A stretch of DNA of 64,000 nt from an uncultured delta proteobacterium (GTDB lineage: Bacteria; Desulfobacterota; Zymogenia; Zymogenales; Zymogenaceae). Under the pieces are notes generated by a model. It had not been told where the DNA came from. It made no database searches and saw nothing but the letters and a program-made list of their open reading frames with translations. Shown in pieces: positions 51,611 through 61,227 of the stretch. Numbering within the stretch: the stretch's first letter is position 1; the number at the start of each line of letters is the position of its first letter. The stretch lies in the NCBI GenBank assembly GCA_963792965.1, contig CAWBYW010000004.1, forward strand, positions 1 to 64,000, read 5' to 3'. Made by a program: the position numbers and the translations under genes.

Positions 51611-52199
51611 CTACCTCTTCACCAGGCTGAAATAGCAGGTCTCGTCTCCCCTGGCTATGCACTTGACTTCCTTGGCCTGATACACGTCCTTGCCGAAGGA
51701 CTGATCGGCGATGTACTGGATGAACCCCTCGTAGTGTGTGCACATGGGCCGGTCGAAGGTGCATCCCGCGCAGTGGAGGCAGTCGAAGCAGTCGAATTCG
51801 GCGATCCCGCCCTCATGTCTTCACAATCTTACCCTTCCCCGAGCCGAGGATGAATAGCTCCAGCGCCTTGGAAAACTTTTCCATGGGCTCGGGAGCGCTC
51901 AAACTGGTCCAGCATGCGTCCTTTTCCGCCACGCATTTCATGACGCTGTATCCCGTCCGCCTCCAGATTCCGAGCGCCCCCTTGAACCCGACGAGATCGG
52001 CAATCTCCGTGTAGATCCTGGCCTGCTCGGGGATGGTGATGGAAGGCTCCCAATTGTAGTCGGGGGGATTTTCAAAGACGTCCAGAATTCCGGCCTTTCG
52101 AAAGACGATCTTTGCCCCGTTTTTGCCGAGGATCTCCGTGATCCCGTCCAGCGAGGCCCGTATGGCTATGTTCGTGGTTCTCTTCTGGGTATCGTCCAT
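51611..52199 (-). CDS. V4R domain protein, Cys-rich (paralog 2; frameshift near 51815)
   Basis: N-half aligns with 16998-17585; C-half in another frame: EFDCFDCLHC..RPMC..KEVKCIARGDETCYF. Confidence 0.78.
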
Positions 52200-52647
52200 T
52201 TCCGTTTCCTCCCCTCGTTTTCACTCATCGTTAATAAACCGGTCGACAACAGACCACGTGAAGTACCCGGGTACAGAGCGTCGGGCCCGACGGTAACGTC
52301 CCGCCGCAAGGAGACTGCTCTTATGATTCATACCAAATTTGGAAAGAAGCGCCATACTATTTTTGTCGGCACATGCGCAGAGCGCGTGCTTTATGGCACA
52401 CATGTTAATGAGGGAGCGTTTGGGCGGGAGTCAGGTGAGAGAGATACTACATGGATTTCCCTTGTGGCAGGGGGTGGCTCGCTTCTGAGGTTGTCCTATT
52501 CCGACGGCAAGGGCGTTCCTCTTGGCTACGATGACGGTGTGATACGTTTTGTCATCCTCTTTTGCCTGAAACCGAATGCAACTGGAAGGCCGTCGGTTTG
52601 TCGAGGGACAGGGATAGGGTGTCGAGCTCGAATCGGTGTGACGCGCG

Positions 52648-53412
52648 CTACATCGTAAATTTTTCGCCGAGGTATTTCTCGCGGGCCTTCGAGTCGGAGG
52701 CGATGCGGCGCGGGGTGCCGTGGATGAGGATGTTGCCTTCGTTGAGGATATAGGCCCGGTCGCAGATGCCGAGCGTCTCGCGGACGTTATGGTCGGTGAT
52801 GACGATGCCGATCCCCCGCTTTTTCAGCGACAGGACGATATTCTGGATATCGTTGACGATGATCGGGTCTATCCCCGAAAAGGGCTCGTCAAGGAGAATG
52901 AAGTGGGGGTCGGTGACCAGGGCCCGCGTGATCTCCACCCGCCGCCGCTCACCACCCGAGAGCGTAGTCGCCTTGTTGTCGGCAAGATGGGATATCTTCA
53001 GGTCCGACAGGAGATGGACCAGCCGCTCTTCACGCTCGCTCTTTGTTATGGGGAGGGTCTCGAGGATCGCCATGATATTTTCGGCCACCGTCATCCTCCG
53101 GAAGATCGACGACTCCTGGGGGAGGTAGGTGATGCCCCTGCGGGCGCGCTCGAACATCGGCAGCTCGCCGATGTTGCTGCCGTCAAGCTGGATTTTCCCG
53201 GCGTCGGGTTTTACGATACCGACGATCATGTAGAAGCTCGTCGTCTTGCCGGCGCCATTGGGCCCGAGCAACCCGACGATCTCACCGGAGTGAACCTCAA
53301 TATTGACGCGGTCCACGACGATCCGGGATTTGAATGATTTCGTCAGCCCCTCGACGATGAGGAGATGCCCATTCTTTTTCTGGACTTCACCGCTCTCTCT
53401 ATTTATTGACAT
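52648..53412 (-). CDS. lptB: LPS export ABC transporter ATPase
   Basis: GPNGAGKTT, YLPQESSIFR, LSGGERRRVEI, ITDHNVRET, YLGEKF. Confidence 0.95.
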   Translation of the reverse strand: MSINRESGEVQKKNGHLLIVEGLTKSFKSRIVVDRVNIEVHSGEIVGLLGPNGAGKTTSFYMIVGIVKPDAGKIQLDGSNIGELPMFERARRGITYLPQESSIFRRMTVAENIMAILETLPITKSEREERLVHLLSDLKISHLADNKATTLSGGERRRVEITRALVTDPHFILLDEPFSGIDPIIVNDIQNIVLSLKKRGIGIVITDHNVRETLGICDRAYILNEGNILIHGTPRRIASDSKAREKYLGEKFTM

Positions 53413-53590
53413 TTGATCAACCAATCTGCGTGTGGAAGTAGACTGTATCGCGCCTCGTTGTCCCTATCAAAATGGAGCGCCCGCGGGCGGCGCCCCAAAG
53501 GTCTGAAATATGTTCCTGCCTCGGCCGACCTTACGAGCCCGGCCCCCGGGGCCGCATACCGGTCCCGGCTCCTCGGAGGATATGTGTGCG

Positions 53591-54622
53591 CTAAAACTCT
53601 TGCTGCGGGTAGATCGTCACGTGCGCACGGTCCGTGGTGCTGCCCATCGCGACGCTCTTTCTTTCGTTGATGTAGTAGAGGATTTTATCAGCCTTGACCA
53701 TGTCGTCTCCCCGCCAGAGAACGGGGTTATTGCTCAAGGTCAAAATCTTCTTGGCGTAGTCAAGGACCATCGTTCCCGCCGATCCCTTCATGTCCTTCTG
53801 GACGAGGTGCACCCCTCCGTCGGCTTGAATTGTCTTGACCTTTCCCACGTCCCCCGAGAGGTAGACGGTGATGGAAGAGGCGGTCAGCGTAGCGTCTTTA
53901 TAGGTTGCGATGGCCCCATCGGTGTAGCGGAAAAAGCTCTCTTTTCGATTGCCCAGAAAGCCCCCCGAGGTTATGGTAAGGGGGCTGTCGAGGCTCGTCA
54001 TATTCGTGAAGCCGCCCTCATCGGCCTGCGGTTCCTTGGGGGCGCTTGGGGCCTTATTTTCGCCGACGATATGCGTCTTCACGTCCGACTTGATAGAGAG
54101 CTCCTCCTTTTCGAGGTTGAAGACGAGCCCCTTACCCTCGAAACTGGCGGCGGGTCCCGTTACGGTGATCGGGTCGTCGGTGGAGATTTCGGACGCGTCG
54201 GCGCTGTAGCTCAGGTTGTCGGTTTTCATCGTATAGTCGCCCGCGGCGGTAATGGTGACGTTCTTGGAGATCGTGATGTTCTTCGTGTCGGTATTGAGGA
54301 GGCCGTAGTCGCCGGCGACGACGATCTTATATTGATCTTTGTAGAAAAAGGTAACACGGATGTCCTTGAATTCGGTCTTGGCCTCGTCCTTGAAGAACTT
54401 GGCCTCTCCCGACTCTATCTCGTAAAGGGTTTTCCCTCCCGTCGATTCGGTATATTTGAGTTTCTCGGCCTCGATGCTCGGGGGGCCGCCCGCGGCGGCG
54501 GTCATCTCCTTTTGTTCTTTTTCGGCCTCGTTGAGCTTCCGGGAGCTGAAAAAGAGGGCGACGACGATCCCGATGGTGATCAGGACGACGACAGCGCCCA
54601 GGATAAATCGTAATCGTTTCAT
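53591..54622 (-). CDS. lptC: LptC-LptA fusion protein
   Basis: N-terminal TM helix + LptC jellyroll (TDNLSY, TDDPITV, GKGL) fused via linker to an LptA/OstA domain (PLTITS, ADGGV, LTLSNNP, ADKI.Y); lies between kdsC and lptB. Confidence 0.8.
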   Translation of the reverse strand: MKRLRFILGAVVVLITIGIVVALFFSSRKLNEAEKEQKEMTAAAGGPPSIEAEKLKYTESTGGKTLYEIESGEAKFFKDEAKTEFKDIRVTFFYKDQYKIVVAGDYGLLNTDTKNITISKNVTITAAGDYTMKTDNLSYSADASEISTDDPITVTGPAASFEGKGLVFNLEKEELSIKSDVKTHIVGENKAPSAPKEPQADEGGFTNMTSLDSPLTITSGGFLGNRKESFFRYTDGAIATYKDATLTASSITVYLSGDVGKVKTIQADGGVHLVQKDMKGSAGTMVLDYAKKILTLSNNPVLWRGDDMVKADKILYYINERKSVAMGSTTDRAHVTIYPQQEF

Positions 54623-54692
54623 GACAACACCAAAAAATACCAAAAAATGGATGATTTTTTCTTATAACATAAGCGGAGAGGAAAGTAAAGCC

Positions 54693-55226
54693 TTATTTAT
54701 ACCGCCGCGTTGCCTCCTCCCACACACCCTTGGCCTTCAGGATGAATTCGCACAGCTCCCGCACCGCGCCGTGTCCCCCCGTAAAATCGCTGATGATATG
54801 GACGCGCTCGGCCACCTCACGCACCGCGTCGGACGGCGCCACCGAGAGCCCCACCAGCTTCATGGCGGGGATGTCCACCAGGTCATCGCCCATGAAAGCG
54901 GCCTCATCCGCACGAACCCCGATCTCCTTGAGGAGAAGGTCGGTGACCTCCGACTTATTGAGCGCGCCCTGCCGGATGTGCTTAATGCCGAGCTCGTTGC
55001 CCCGATGCTCGACCACCCGGGAGGTCCTCCCGGTGACGATGGCGCACTCTACCCCTGCCCTGGCGAGCATCTTGATCCCGTGGCCGTCCCTAACGTTGAA
55101 GGATTTGCTCTCCATACCGTTGTCGTCGATGATGATGCTGCCGTCGGTCATGACGCCGTCCACATCAAATATCACGAGTTTTATCTTCTTTGCCCTTTCG
55201 GTGGCATTTTCGGATTGAATCTTCAT
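54693..55226 (-). CDS. kdsC: KDO 8-phosphate phosphatase
   Basis: FDVDGVMTDG, FNVRDGHG, TGR, GDDLVD, GGHGAVRE. Confidence 0.92.
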   Translation of the reverse strand: MKIQSENATERAKKIKLVIFDVDGVMTDGSIIIDDNGMESKSFNVRDGHGIKMLARAGVECAIVTGRTSRVVEHRGNELGIKHIRQGALNKSEVTDLLLKEIGVRADEAAFMGDDLVDIPAMKLVGLSVAPSDAVREVAERVHIISDFTGGHGAVRELCEFILKAKGVWEEATRRYK

Positions 55227-55289
55227 GGGTGTATCCTTTGCGGCTTTGCCTTAATCATGTTCACGGTACCGATTTAGTCTCAGACCGGC

Positions 55290-56834
55290 CTACGGGTCTT
55301 CTGTCGTGGACGATCTCGCCGAGATGTCGCCGAAGGCGTCTTTGCCGCACAGAAGCCTTCCGGCGTACGGGAAGACCTCCGCTGCCATTCTCGACATCTC
55401 GGCCGCGAGGTTCCTGATGTCCCACTGGGCGCTCGCGTCCATCCTGAGGCGGGCGACATGATAGAGCTCGCGGAGATTGAGGGAGATGAGCACCCTCCTT
55501 TTGTGAGCGTTCGTGAGGATATAGGGGGCGATCGTGGGATTTTGTTTGCGGATTGCCCCGTAGAGCGCCTCGGCCTTATTTACGGCCCCCGTGAGGATGT
55601 CGGTCGCCCCGGCATCGCTGATGGAGGGGGGCACCTCGATGCCGAGGGATGGGTCGTAGTCCTGGGCGATAATGGACGCTATCCGGTGCCGTTTGAGCTG
55701 GGCGAAGTTTGAAGCCGAAACGACCGCCGCAAACGTGAGGGAGATCAGCTCAAACTCCCTGAGCACCCGGTCATATGACCGCATGTGGATGAACGTGGTC
55801 GCGATGAGCCGCTCTTTATCCTGTTCGGTCATCTCCCGCGCGGCCTTTTGGCACAGGCCGAAGCCGCGGCCGGTATGGGAAAAGAGGAGCGCGGCCACGA
55901 GCCTCTCGTCGCCGTCTTTGGTATAATCGACGAGGGTCAGCCGGGGGGTCTCAGCCGGATCCGTGGCCGGTAGACCTAAGGGGACGGCCCGCGTGATCGC
56001 GGGCCGCGTTTCGAGGTCGTAGGGGGTGGGCTCCGTGTATTTGATGACCGAAGGCGCGACGGGGGAAACGGCCCCGTAGATCAGCCGGGAGAGCTGTCGC
56101 ACCTCGGAAAGCGGGCTGGCCGAGAGCCTTCTGATCGTCATCTCGAGGACCCTGCTGTTTGCCGTCATACCCATCTGGGAGAGCGTGGCAAGCGGCACGG
56201 CGTACCGGGCGTCCTCCTTGGCAAGGCCCTCGACGACGGTCTTTCCTTTTTTATCGGCCGCAAGCTCAGGGTACTTGTGCTGCATATAGGGCAAGAGCCT
56301 GTCGTTCAATGCGCGGTAGGCCTGGTTCATGAACGCGACCGCCTCGGAAAACCTTCCGACCAGCCCCATCTTTTTGATCTCTTCCGGCACATAGAAGTCG
56401 TCGGTTAGCGTGATGTACCGCTGGGATTTTTCGGTGTAGGACGCGAGCCTCGCGTGCTGCAGCTGTTCGACGGCAAGCCGTGATATGCCCATGATATCGA
56501 GGTTGAAGACCGCGTGTTCCGCCACCGACGAGTGCCCCATCCCGAAGATGATGGCCTCGTTTGATCGACGCGCCTTGGCGACCTCGCGCGCTGCCTCGCG
56601 CCTGATCTCGTCGACGGGGCGTCCGTCACGGCTGATGCGGGCGTAGCCTGCCGACACGGTTTCAGGGGTGAGGTCTTCGGAGGCATGAAAATCGTCGAGG
56701 AAACGAATCGCGTCCTCGGGAGTGGAGGATCCTTGTAATTCGAGGAGCGTCTTTATAGCTGCCGCCTCTTCTTTATACGCGGTGAGCCGCTCCGCGTCAA
56801 CGTTCATGCCCGCCAGAATAACCTTCATGTCCAT
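55290..56834 (-). CDS. thyX: FAD-dependent thymidylate synthase, double-domain form
   Basis: GHSSVAEH, HARLASYTEKSQRY, EDARY; second repeat KRHRIAS..NLRELYH..AQWDIR. Confidence 0.88.
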   Translation of the reverse strand: MDMKVILAGMNVDAERLTAYKEEAAAIKTLLELQGSSTPEDAIRFLDDFHASEDLTPETVSAGYARISRDGRPVDEIRREAAREVAKARRSNEAIIFGMGHSSVAEHAVFNLDIMGISRLAVEQLQHARLASYTEKSQRYITLTDDFYVPEEIKKMGLVGRFSEAVAFMNQAYRALNDRLLPYMQHKYPELAADKKGKTVVEGLAKEDARYAVPLATLSQMGMTANSRVLEMTIRRLSASPLSEVRQLSRLIYGAVSPVAPSVIKYTEPTPYDLETRPAITRAVPLGLPATDPAETPRLTLVDYTKDGDERLVAALLFSHTGRGFGLCQKAAREMTEQDKERLIATTFIHMRSYDRVLREFELISLTFAAVVSASNFAQLKRHRIASIIAQDYDPSLGIEVPPSISDAGATDILTGAVNKAEALYGAIRKQNPTIAPYILTNAHKRRVLISLNLRELYHVARLRMDASAQWDIRNLAAEMSRMAAEVFPYAGRLLCGKDAFGDISARSSTTEDP

Positions 56835-56850
56835 GACTCCCGAGTGCGGA

Positions 56851-57669
56851 TTACGTCCTCATTTTTCCTGTCAGCATCACGATCAAGAACATCCCGATGA
56901 TCGGCAGCGACCCGAGCAGTGCCGCGGCGGAGAAGACCGACCAGTTGGTCGAGAAATCGCCTTCAAGGAAGGTCCTCAGCCCGAGGGCAAGGGTATAGAG
57001 CTTCTCGTCGGTGAGGACGACGGCCGCCAACAGAAAATCCGAATAGGCGGCGATAAAGGTGAAGGCAAAGGCGACCGCGAGCATCGGGGCCGACCCGGGC
57101 AGCACGACGTGGAGATAAACGGAAAACGGCCCCGCGCCGTCGAGGGTCGCCGCCTCCTCGAGCGACCGGGAGGTCGTATCGTAGAATCCCTTGAGCATCC
57201 ATGTGGCGAAGGGAACGGCCCCGCCGAGGTAGACGAGTATGAGCGCGCCGTGGGTATCGAGTATCTTGAGGAACTGGAGGATCTTGTAGATCGCCACGAG
57301 CGACATCACGCCCGGAAAGAGCTGGACGACCAACAGACCCGTCGTTATCCCTTCCTTTCCGAAGAAGCGGTGGCGCGACAGCGCGTACGAGCAGAGCGAC
57401 GTGATCAGCACCGCCAGAAAAGCCGTCGGCGTGGCGACGAGGACCGAATTGGTGATCCAGAGCAGGAAATCGGTATCATAAAAGAGGGTGCGGTAGTTGT
57501 CGAGGGTAAACGATTGTGGCAAAAGATTTCCCGCGTAGAGCTCCCCGCCCGCCGAAAAGGAGACCGAGACGATAAAAAGGATCGGGACAGCGGCGGCCAG
57601 GCAGAGGACCGCGATGAAGAGGAGGGCACTCCCCTTCCGCACCGCGCGCCCCAAACCGATCCACTTCAT
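56851..57669 (-). CDS. Sugar ABC permease (MalG-like)
   Basis: WMLKGFYD..SLEEAATLDGA EAA loop. Confidence 0.88.
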   Translation of the reverse strand: MKWIGLGRAVRKGSALLFIAVLCLAAAVPILFIVSVSFSAGGELYAGNLLPQSFTLDNYRTLFYDTDFLLWITNSVLVATPTAFLAVLITSLCSYALSRHRFFGKEGITTGLLVVQLFPGVMSLVAIYKILQFLKILDTHGALILVYLGGAVPFATWMLKGFYDTTSRSLEEAATLDGAGPFSVYLHVVLPGSAPMLAVAFAFTFIAAYSDFLLAAVVLTDEKLYTLALGLRTFLEGDFSTNWSVFSAAALLGSLPIIGMFLIVMLTGKMRT

Positions 57670-58574
57670 CAGAAGGTCTCCTGTTTTCGCGCCCCGAAAA
57701 ACCGTACGTTAAAAACGGTAATAATGCCGATGATAACGAAGATCACCACGGCGTACGCGGCCGCAAGGCCGTATCGCCGACCGGTAAGTGTCAGCTTGAA
57801 GATATACGAGATGAGGATGTCAGTGGCCCCGGCGCCCCCGATCGCCCCGGGATAGGTCGGCCCGCCCGCGGTCAATAGGTAGATCGCCGTGAAATTGGTG
57901 AAGGCGGCCGAGGTCCCGAGAACCAGAACGGGGATCATCCTCCGGGTGACGAGGGGGACGGTCAGGAAGAGAAAGGTCGACGCGGGTCCCGATCCGTCGA
58001 GACGGGCCGCCTCGAAGATGCCTTTCGGAAGGGTCTGGATGATGGAGGATGCGGTCACCGTCATAAAGGGGATGCCGAGCCACACGCTGACCAGGAGGAC
58101 CGAGATCCGCGCCACGTGTGGATCGGTGAGCCAGGGGATAGGACCTGCGCCGATGAGAGAAAGCAGGCCGTTCGCCGCCCCGAAGTGGTAGTTCAACAGC
58201 CCCTTCCAGATCAGTATCGTTATGAAGGCCGGCACCACCCAGGGGATGATCAGGATCGGCCTTGCCGCGGCTGCCAGCGGCCGGGGTATTTGCGTCAGGA
58301 CCTGGGCGGCGGCAACTCCGATCACGAAAGGGAGCAGCATGCACGCCAGCGCATAGGCGACGTTCCACAGTGCGATCCTGGCAAAATCAGAGACGGGGCT
58401 CGTGAAGAGGATACTATAGTTATAAAGCCCGACGAATTGATAATCCCGGTAGTGAAAGAGGCTCATGTCGGTCATGGAGAGATAGATGTTATAGATGATC
58501 GGCAAGAGCGACAACAGGATAACCAGGAAGAGAACCGGGAAAAGCGCCGTGGTGATAAAGAGCCTGCCCTTCAT
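57669..58574 (-). CDS. Sugar ABC permease (MalF-like)
   Basis: PWVVP, FEAARLDG, GATDILISY. Confidence 0.88.
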   Translation of the reverse strand: MKGRLFITTALFPVLFLVILLSLLPIIYNIYLSMTDMSLFHYRDYQFVGLYNYSILFTSPVSDFARIALWNVAYALACMLLPFVIGVAAAQVLTQIPRPLAAAARPILIIPWVVPAFITILIWKGLLNYHFGAANGLLSLIGAGPIPWLTDPHVARISVLLVSVWLGIPFMTVTASSIIQTLPKGIFEAARLDGSGPASTFLFLTVPLVTRRMIPVLVLGTSAAFTNFTAIYLLTAGGPTYPGAIGGAGATDILISYIFKLTLTGRRYGLAAAYAVVIFVIIGIITVFNVRFFGARKQETF

Positions 58575-59815
58575 CGCCTCATCTCCTCGATGTAGATGGT
58601 GAGCCGCCGCTGCATGTCGCAGAGGGCCTGTTTCGGCGTCGTGCCGCCGGCAATCGAGAGTGTCGCGGCGTCGCTTGTCGCATCCCAGATGAGATCGCCC
58701 TCCGGGTCGTTGGGGAAGGGAAAGGAGTCGGCGGCAATCGAGACGGCCGTGGAGAGTACCGGGTTCTTGACGAAATCGTCTTTGCGGTAGACGGTGGGGT
58801 CGGCCATGGTCCGTATCCCTCCCGAGAGCTCGTAGAAGCGCCGGAGGCTGTCGGGAGAGAGGAGAAAGGCTAAGAATTTTTCGGCGTCTCGTTTATTATT
58901 CGAGTAGGCCGAGATGGATAGTCCCATGAGCGTCGCCAGCGGCCGCCCCCGGGCGCCGTCGGCAAAGGGCGGAAGGGGGTAGTAGCCGACGGGGATGCCG
59001 AGTCGCTCCCAATAGGGGATGAGCTGGGTGCCGTAGATCGTCATGGCGACCCGGCCCTTCGAAAAGAGATCGGAGATGATCGGGTAAGTAATCCCCACGG
59101 GGATGAGCCGGTCCTTCCTGACGAGATCAGTCAGAAACGTCAGCGCCCGTATGCCGCCCTCCGTGCAGAACCCGAGGTGTGTGGTGTCGGTCCCCGACGG
59201 GCCCTTGTCCTTGAATATATAGGCCCCGTCGGCGTCATAGAACGGAAAGGTGAAATAGAAGTTCGTGGGGTCCGTGAGGAACCCGTAGGTATCGGGAGTC
59301 CCGTCGCCGTCCATGTCTTTGGTCAGCTTCCGCGCCCGGGCAAACAGCTCTTCCCAGTTCTTCGGAGGAGCTACGGTCAGGTTCTTATTGACGACCAAGC
59401 CGTACGATTCCACCGTCAGGGGCACGCCCATGAGCGCCCCCCGGTAGCGAAAGGCCTCGACGAGGGGACGGGGATACGCGGAGAGCCGCGGCGAAAATGA
59501 GTCCATGGGCTCAAGGAGCCCCATCAGGGTGAGGACGCCGGTCGAGGTATGCGCAATGCTCACGACGTCCGGACCCTTCCCGGCCGGAGCGGCCAGCTCG
59601 AGCTTCGTAGTGATCTCAAAGAGGCCGATCTCGGTGATCTTGACGGCCACGCCGGTCTTTTCCTCAAAGCGTTTTGCCGCGTCCGACAGCGCCCGTATCT
59701 CGTCCTTATCCATGGCCGCCCATACGGTAACGACGCTGCGCGTCCCATTTGGAGAGGGAGCGCAAGAGATGCAGCAGAGGCCGGCCAGGGCAATGATAAA
59801 AAGGTAGTACTTCAT
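58571..59815 (-). CDS. Maltose/maltodextrin-type ABC solute-binding lipoprotein
   Basis: Lipoprotein signal ending CISC, AGKGPDV, GVPLTVE, family-1 SBP features. Confidence 0.82.
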   Translation of the reverse strand: MKYYLFIIALAGLCCISCAPSPNGTRSVVTVWAAMDKDEIRALSDAAKRFEEKTGVAVKITEIGLFEITTKLELAAPAGKGPDVVSIAHTSTGVLTLMGLLEPMDSFSPRLSAYPRPLVEAFRYRGALMGVPLTVESYGLVVNKNLTVAPPKNWEELFARARKLTKDMDGDGTPDTYGFLTDPTNFYFTFPFYDADGAYIFKDKGPSGTDTTHLGFCTEGGIRALTFLTDLVRKDRLIPVGITYPIISDLFSKGRVAMTIYGTQLIPYWERLGIPVGYYPLPPFADGARGRPLATLMGLSISAYSNNKRDAEKFLAFLLSPDSLRRFYELSGGIRTMADPTVYRKDDFVKNPVLSTAVSIAADSFPFPNDPEGDLIWDATSDAATLSIAGGTTPKQALCDMQRRLTIYIEEMRR

Positions 59816-59975
59816 CGTTCGTAGGCAGTTTCAGTCGATTACTCTCTTCTTTAGTCTAAGCCAGGGGTGTTGTACGGTCAAGAATATTCTTATGCGCGAG
59901 CCGATATGATAACCCCCCGTAGAGCGCGGGGGTGTCATCGTCGACTTCTCGTGCCGTCCGAGGGGGGCCTGTCTG

Positions 59976-60359
59976 CTATGGGGGGCCGGCCTTTTTACCG
60001 ACCCATATCCTGAGGGTAGTCGTTACCGCGACGATGCCGAGCAGTAACAGGAGAAAGATGAGAAGATAACGGGAAGCCGCCTCGATCTGGCCTGCGACCT
60101 TTAACGTGAGCGCGGGCGGATTGTTGATGAGGTCCGCATAGCGGTAGTCACAACTGTAGAACTTCGCCGATATTCCTCCGATCAGGGCCGTGAGGATGAA
60201 CGCTATCTTTATGGTCCGGGACAGAAATGCACCCATACGGGGCGGGGCGAGTTTTGTCGCAATCGCATTGAGGTCACGCAGGACCACGAGCGACAACACG
60301 ACCCCGAGAAGGGCGCAGATCCCGAGCCCGAAACAATAGACGACGAGCACCGTCTGCAT
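59976..60359 (-). CDS. Hypothetical 3-TM membrane protein
   Basis: Three hydrophobic segments; start overlaps the upstream stop (TAATG). Confidence 0.7.
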   Translation of the reverse strand: MQTVLVVYCFGLGICALLGVVLSLVVLRDLNAIATKLAPPRMGAFLSRTIKIAFILTALIGGISAKFYSCDYRYADLINNPPALTLKVAGQIEAASRYLLIFLLLLLGIVAVTTTLRIWVGKKAGPP

Positions 60360-60706
60360 TACCGCTCCCTTTTCCGCACCGTATAGGCCAGCAGGAGGAC
60401 CGAGAGGACGACGAGCAGCGTCCAGAGGAGACGAAATCCCATCCCCTCCACCTGATTCATCAGGCTCCAGAAGAGAACGAGCCGATCGGTCTTCGCCTCT
60501 GCGGGGTAGGTGCCGGCCATAGCCCCCGAGATCGAGGAAAGCATGATGACGGTGTAGATGATCCGGGACCAGAACCTTTTCACGCCGGCGTCCGGAAACA
60601 GCGCCGTCAGAAAGGCGGAGAGGCCGGACCTGAGCAATAGGGCGACGATGATGCCGAGCAGTACGGCCGCGCCCGTTCCCAAGAGGTAAAACTGGAGTAG
60701 TTCCAT
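60359..60706 (-). CDS. Hypothetical 3-TM membrane protein
   Basis: Three hydrophobic segments; begins 3 nt after the HTH gene stop. Confidence 0.7.
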   Translation of the reverse strand: MELLQFYLLGTGAAVLLGIIVALLLRSGLSAFLTALFPDAGVKRFWSRIIYTVIMLSSISGAMAGTYPAEAKTDRLVLFWSLMNQVEGMGFRLLWTLLVVLSVLLLAYTVRKRER

Positions 60707-60709
60707 GGG

Positions 60710-60916
60710 CTAATCCTTAAGATCGTTAAATATTTTTTTGCTCTCGGAAAAGGAGATACCGAGGGCCGTAAGGATCTTACGCTTGGTCTCCATCCGACAG
60801 CTCTTCCCCTTCTCGATACGATCGACGGTCAGCACGCTGACGCCGGCCTTGCGCGCCAATTCGGACTTTGAAAGAAGCATCTGTTCCCTGATCGCGGTCA
60901 AGGTATTCTTGGACAT
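60710..60916 (-). CDS. Small XRE-family HTH regulator
   Basis: IREQMLLSKSELARKAGVSVLTVDRIEKG..CRMETKRKIL. Confidence 0.85.
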   Translation of the reverse strand: MSKNTLTAIREQMLLSKSELARKAGVSVLTVDRIEKGKSCRMETKRKILTALGISFSESKKIFNDLKD

Positions 60917-61227
60917 GGGAGGTCTCAACTACTGATAGAAATGGCAATCATCCGTAATCCGGCTCTCAACGATGTGAGGAGGCTGAGTGTCCGGCGTACT
61001 TTCGTTCCGTATAGAGGGGATATCACGACTCCGTATTATCGCCAGAGATGGTTTGTTTATATAAGTAATGCATAGATTTATTTTATTTTGTTATAAAAGT
61101 CAAGAAAATTTATAAAAGAGAGATATTTAATTCATCTTTTCCGGACCTCGTCCCGAATCATGAGCGTCTGGAGATGTCTTAGTGTATCATGACGTGAGAT
61201 GAAAAACGAGGGCCCCGCGATTTTTCC

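Noticed and set aside
51813-51815. TGA in V4R paralog 2 as a selenocysteine codon
   Set aside because: Homology to paralog 1 continues in a different frame and the position is not a Cys; it is a frameshift
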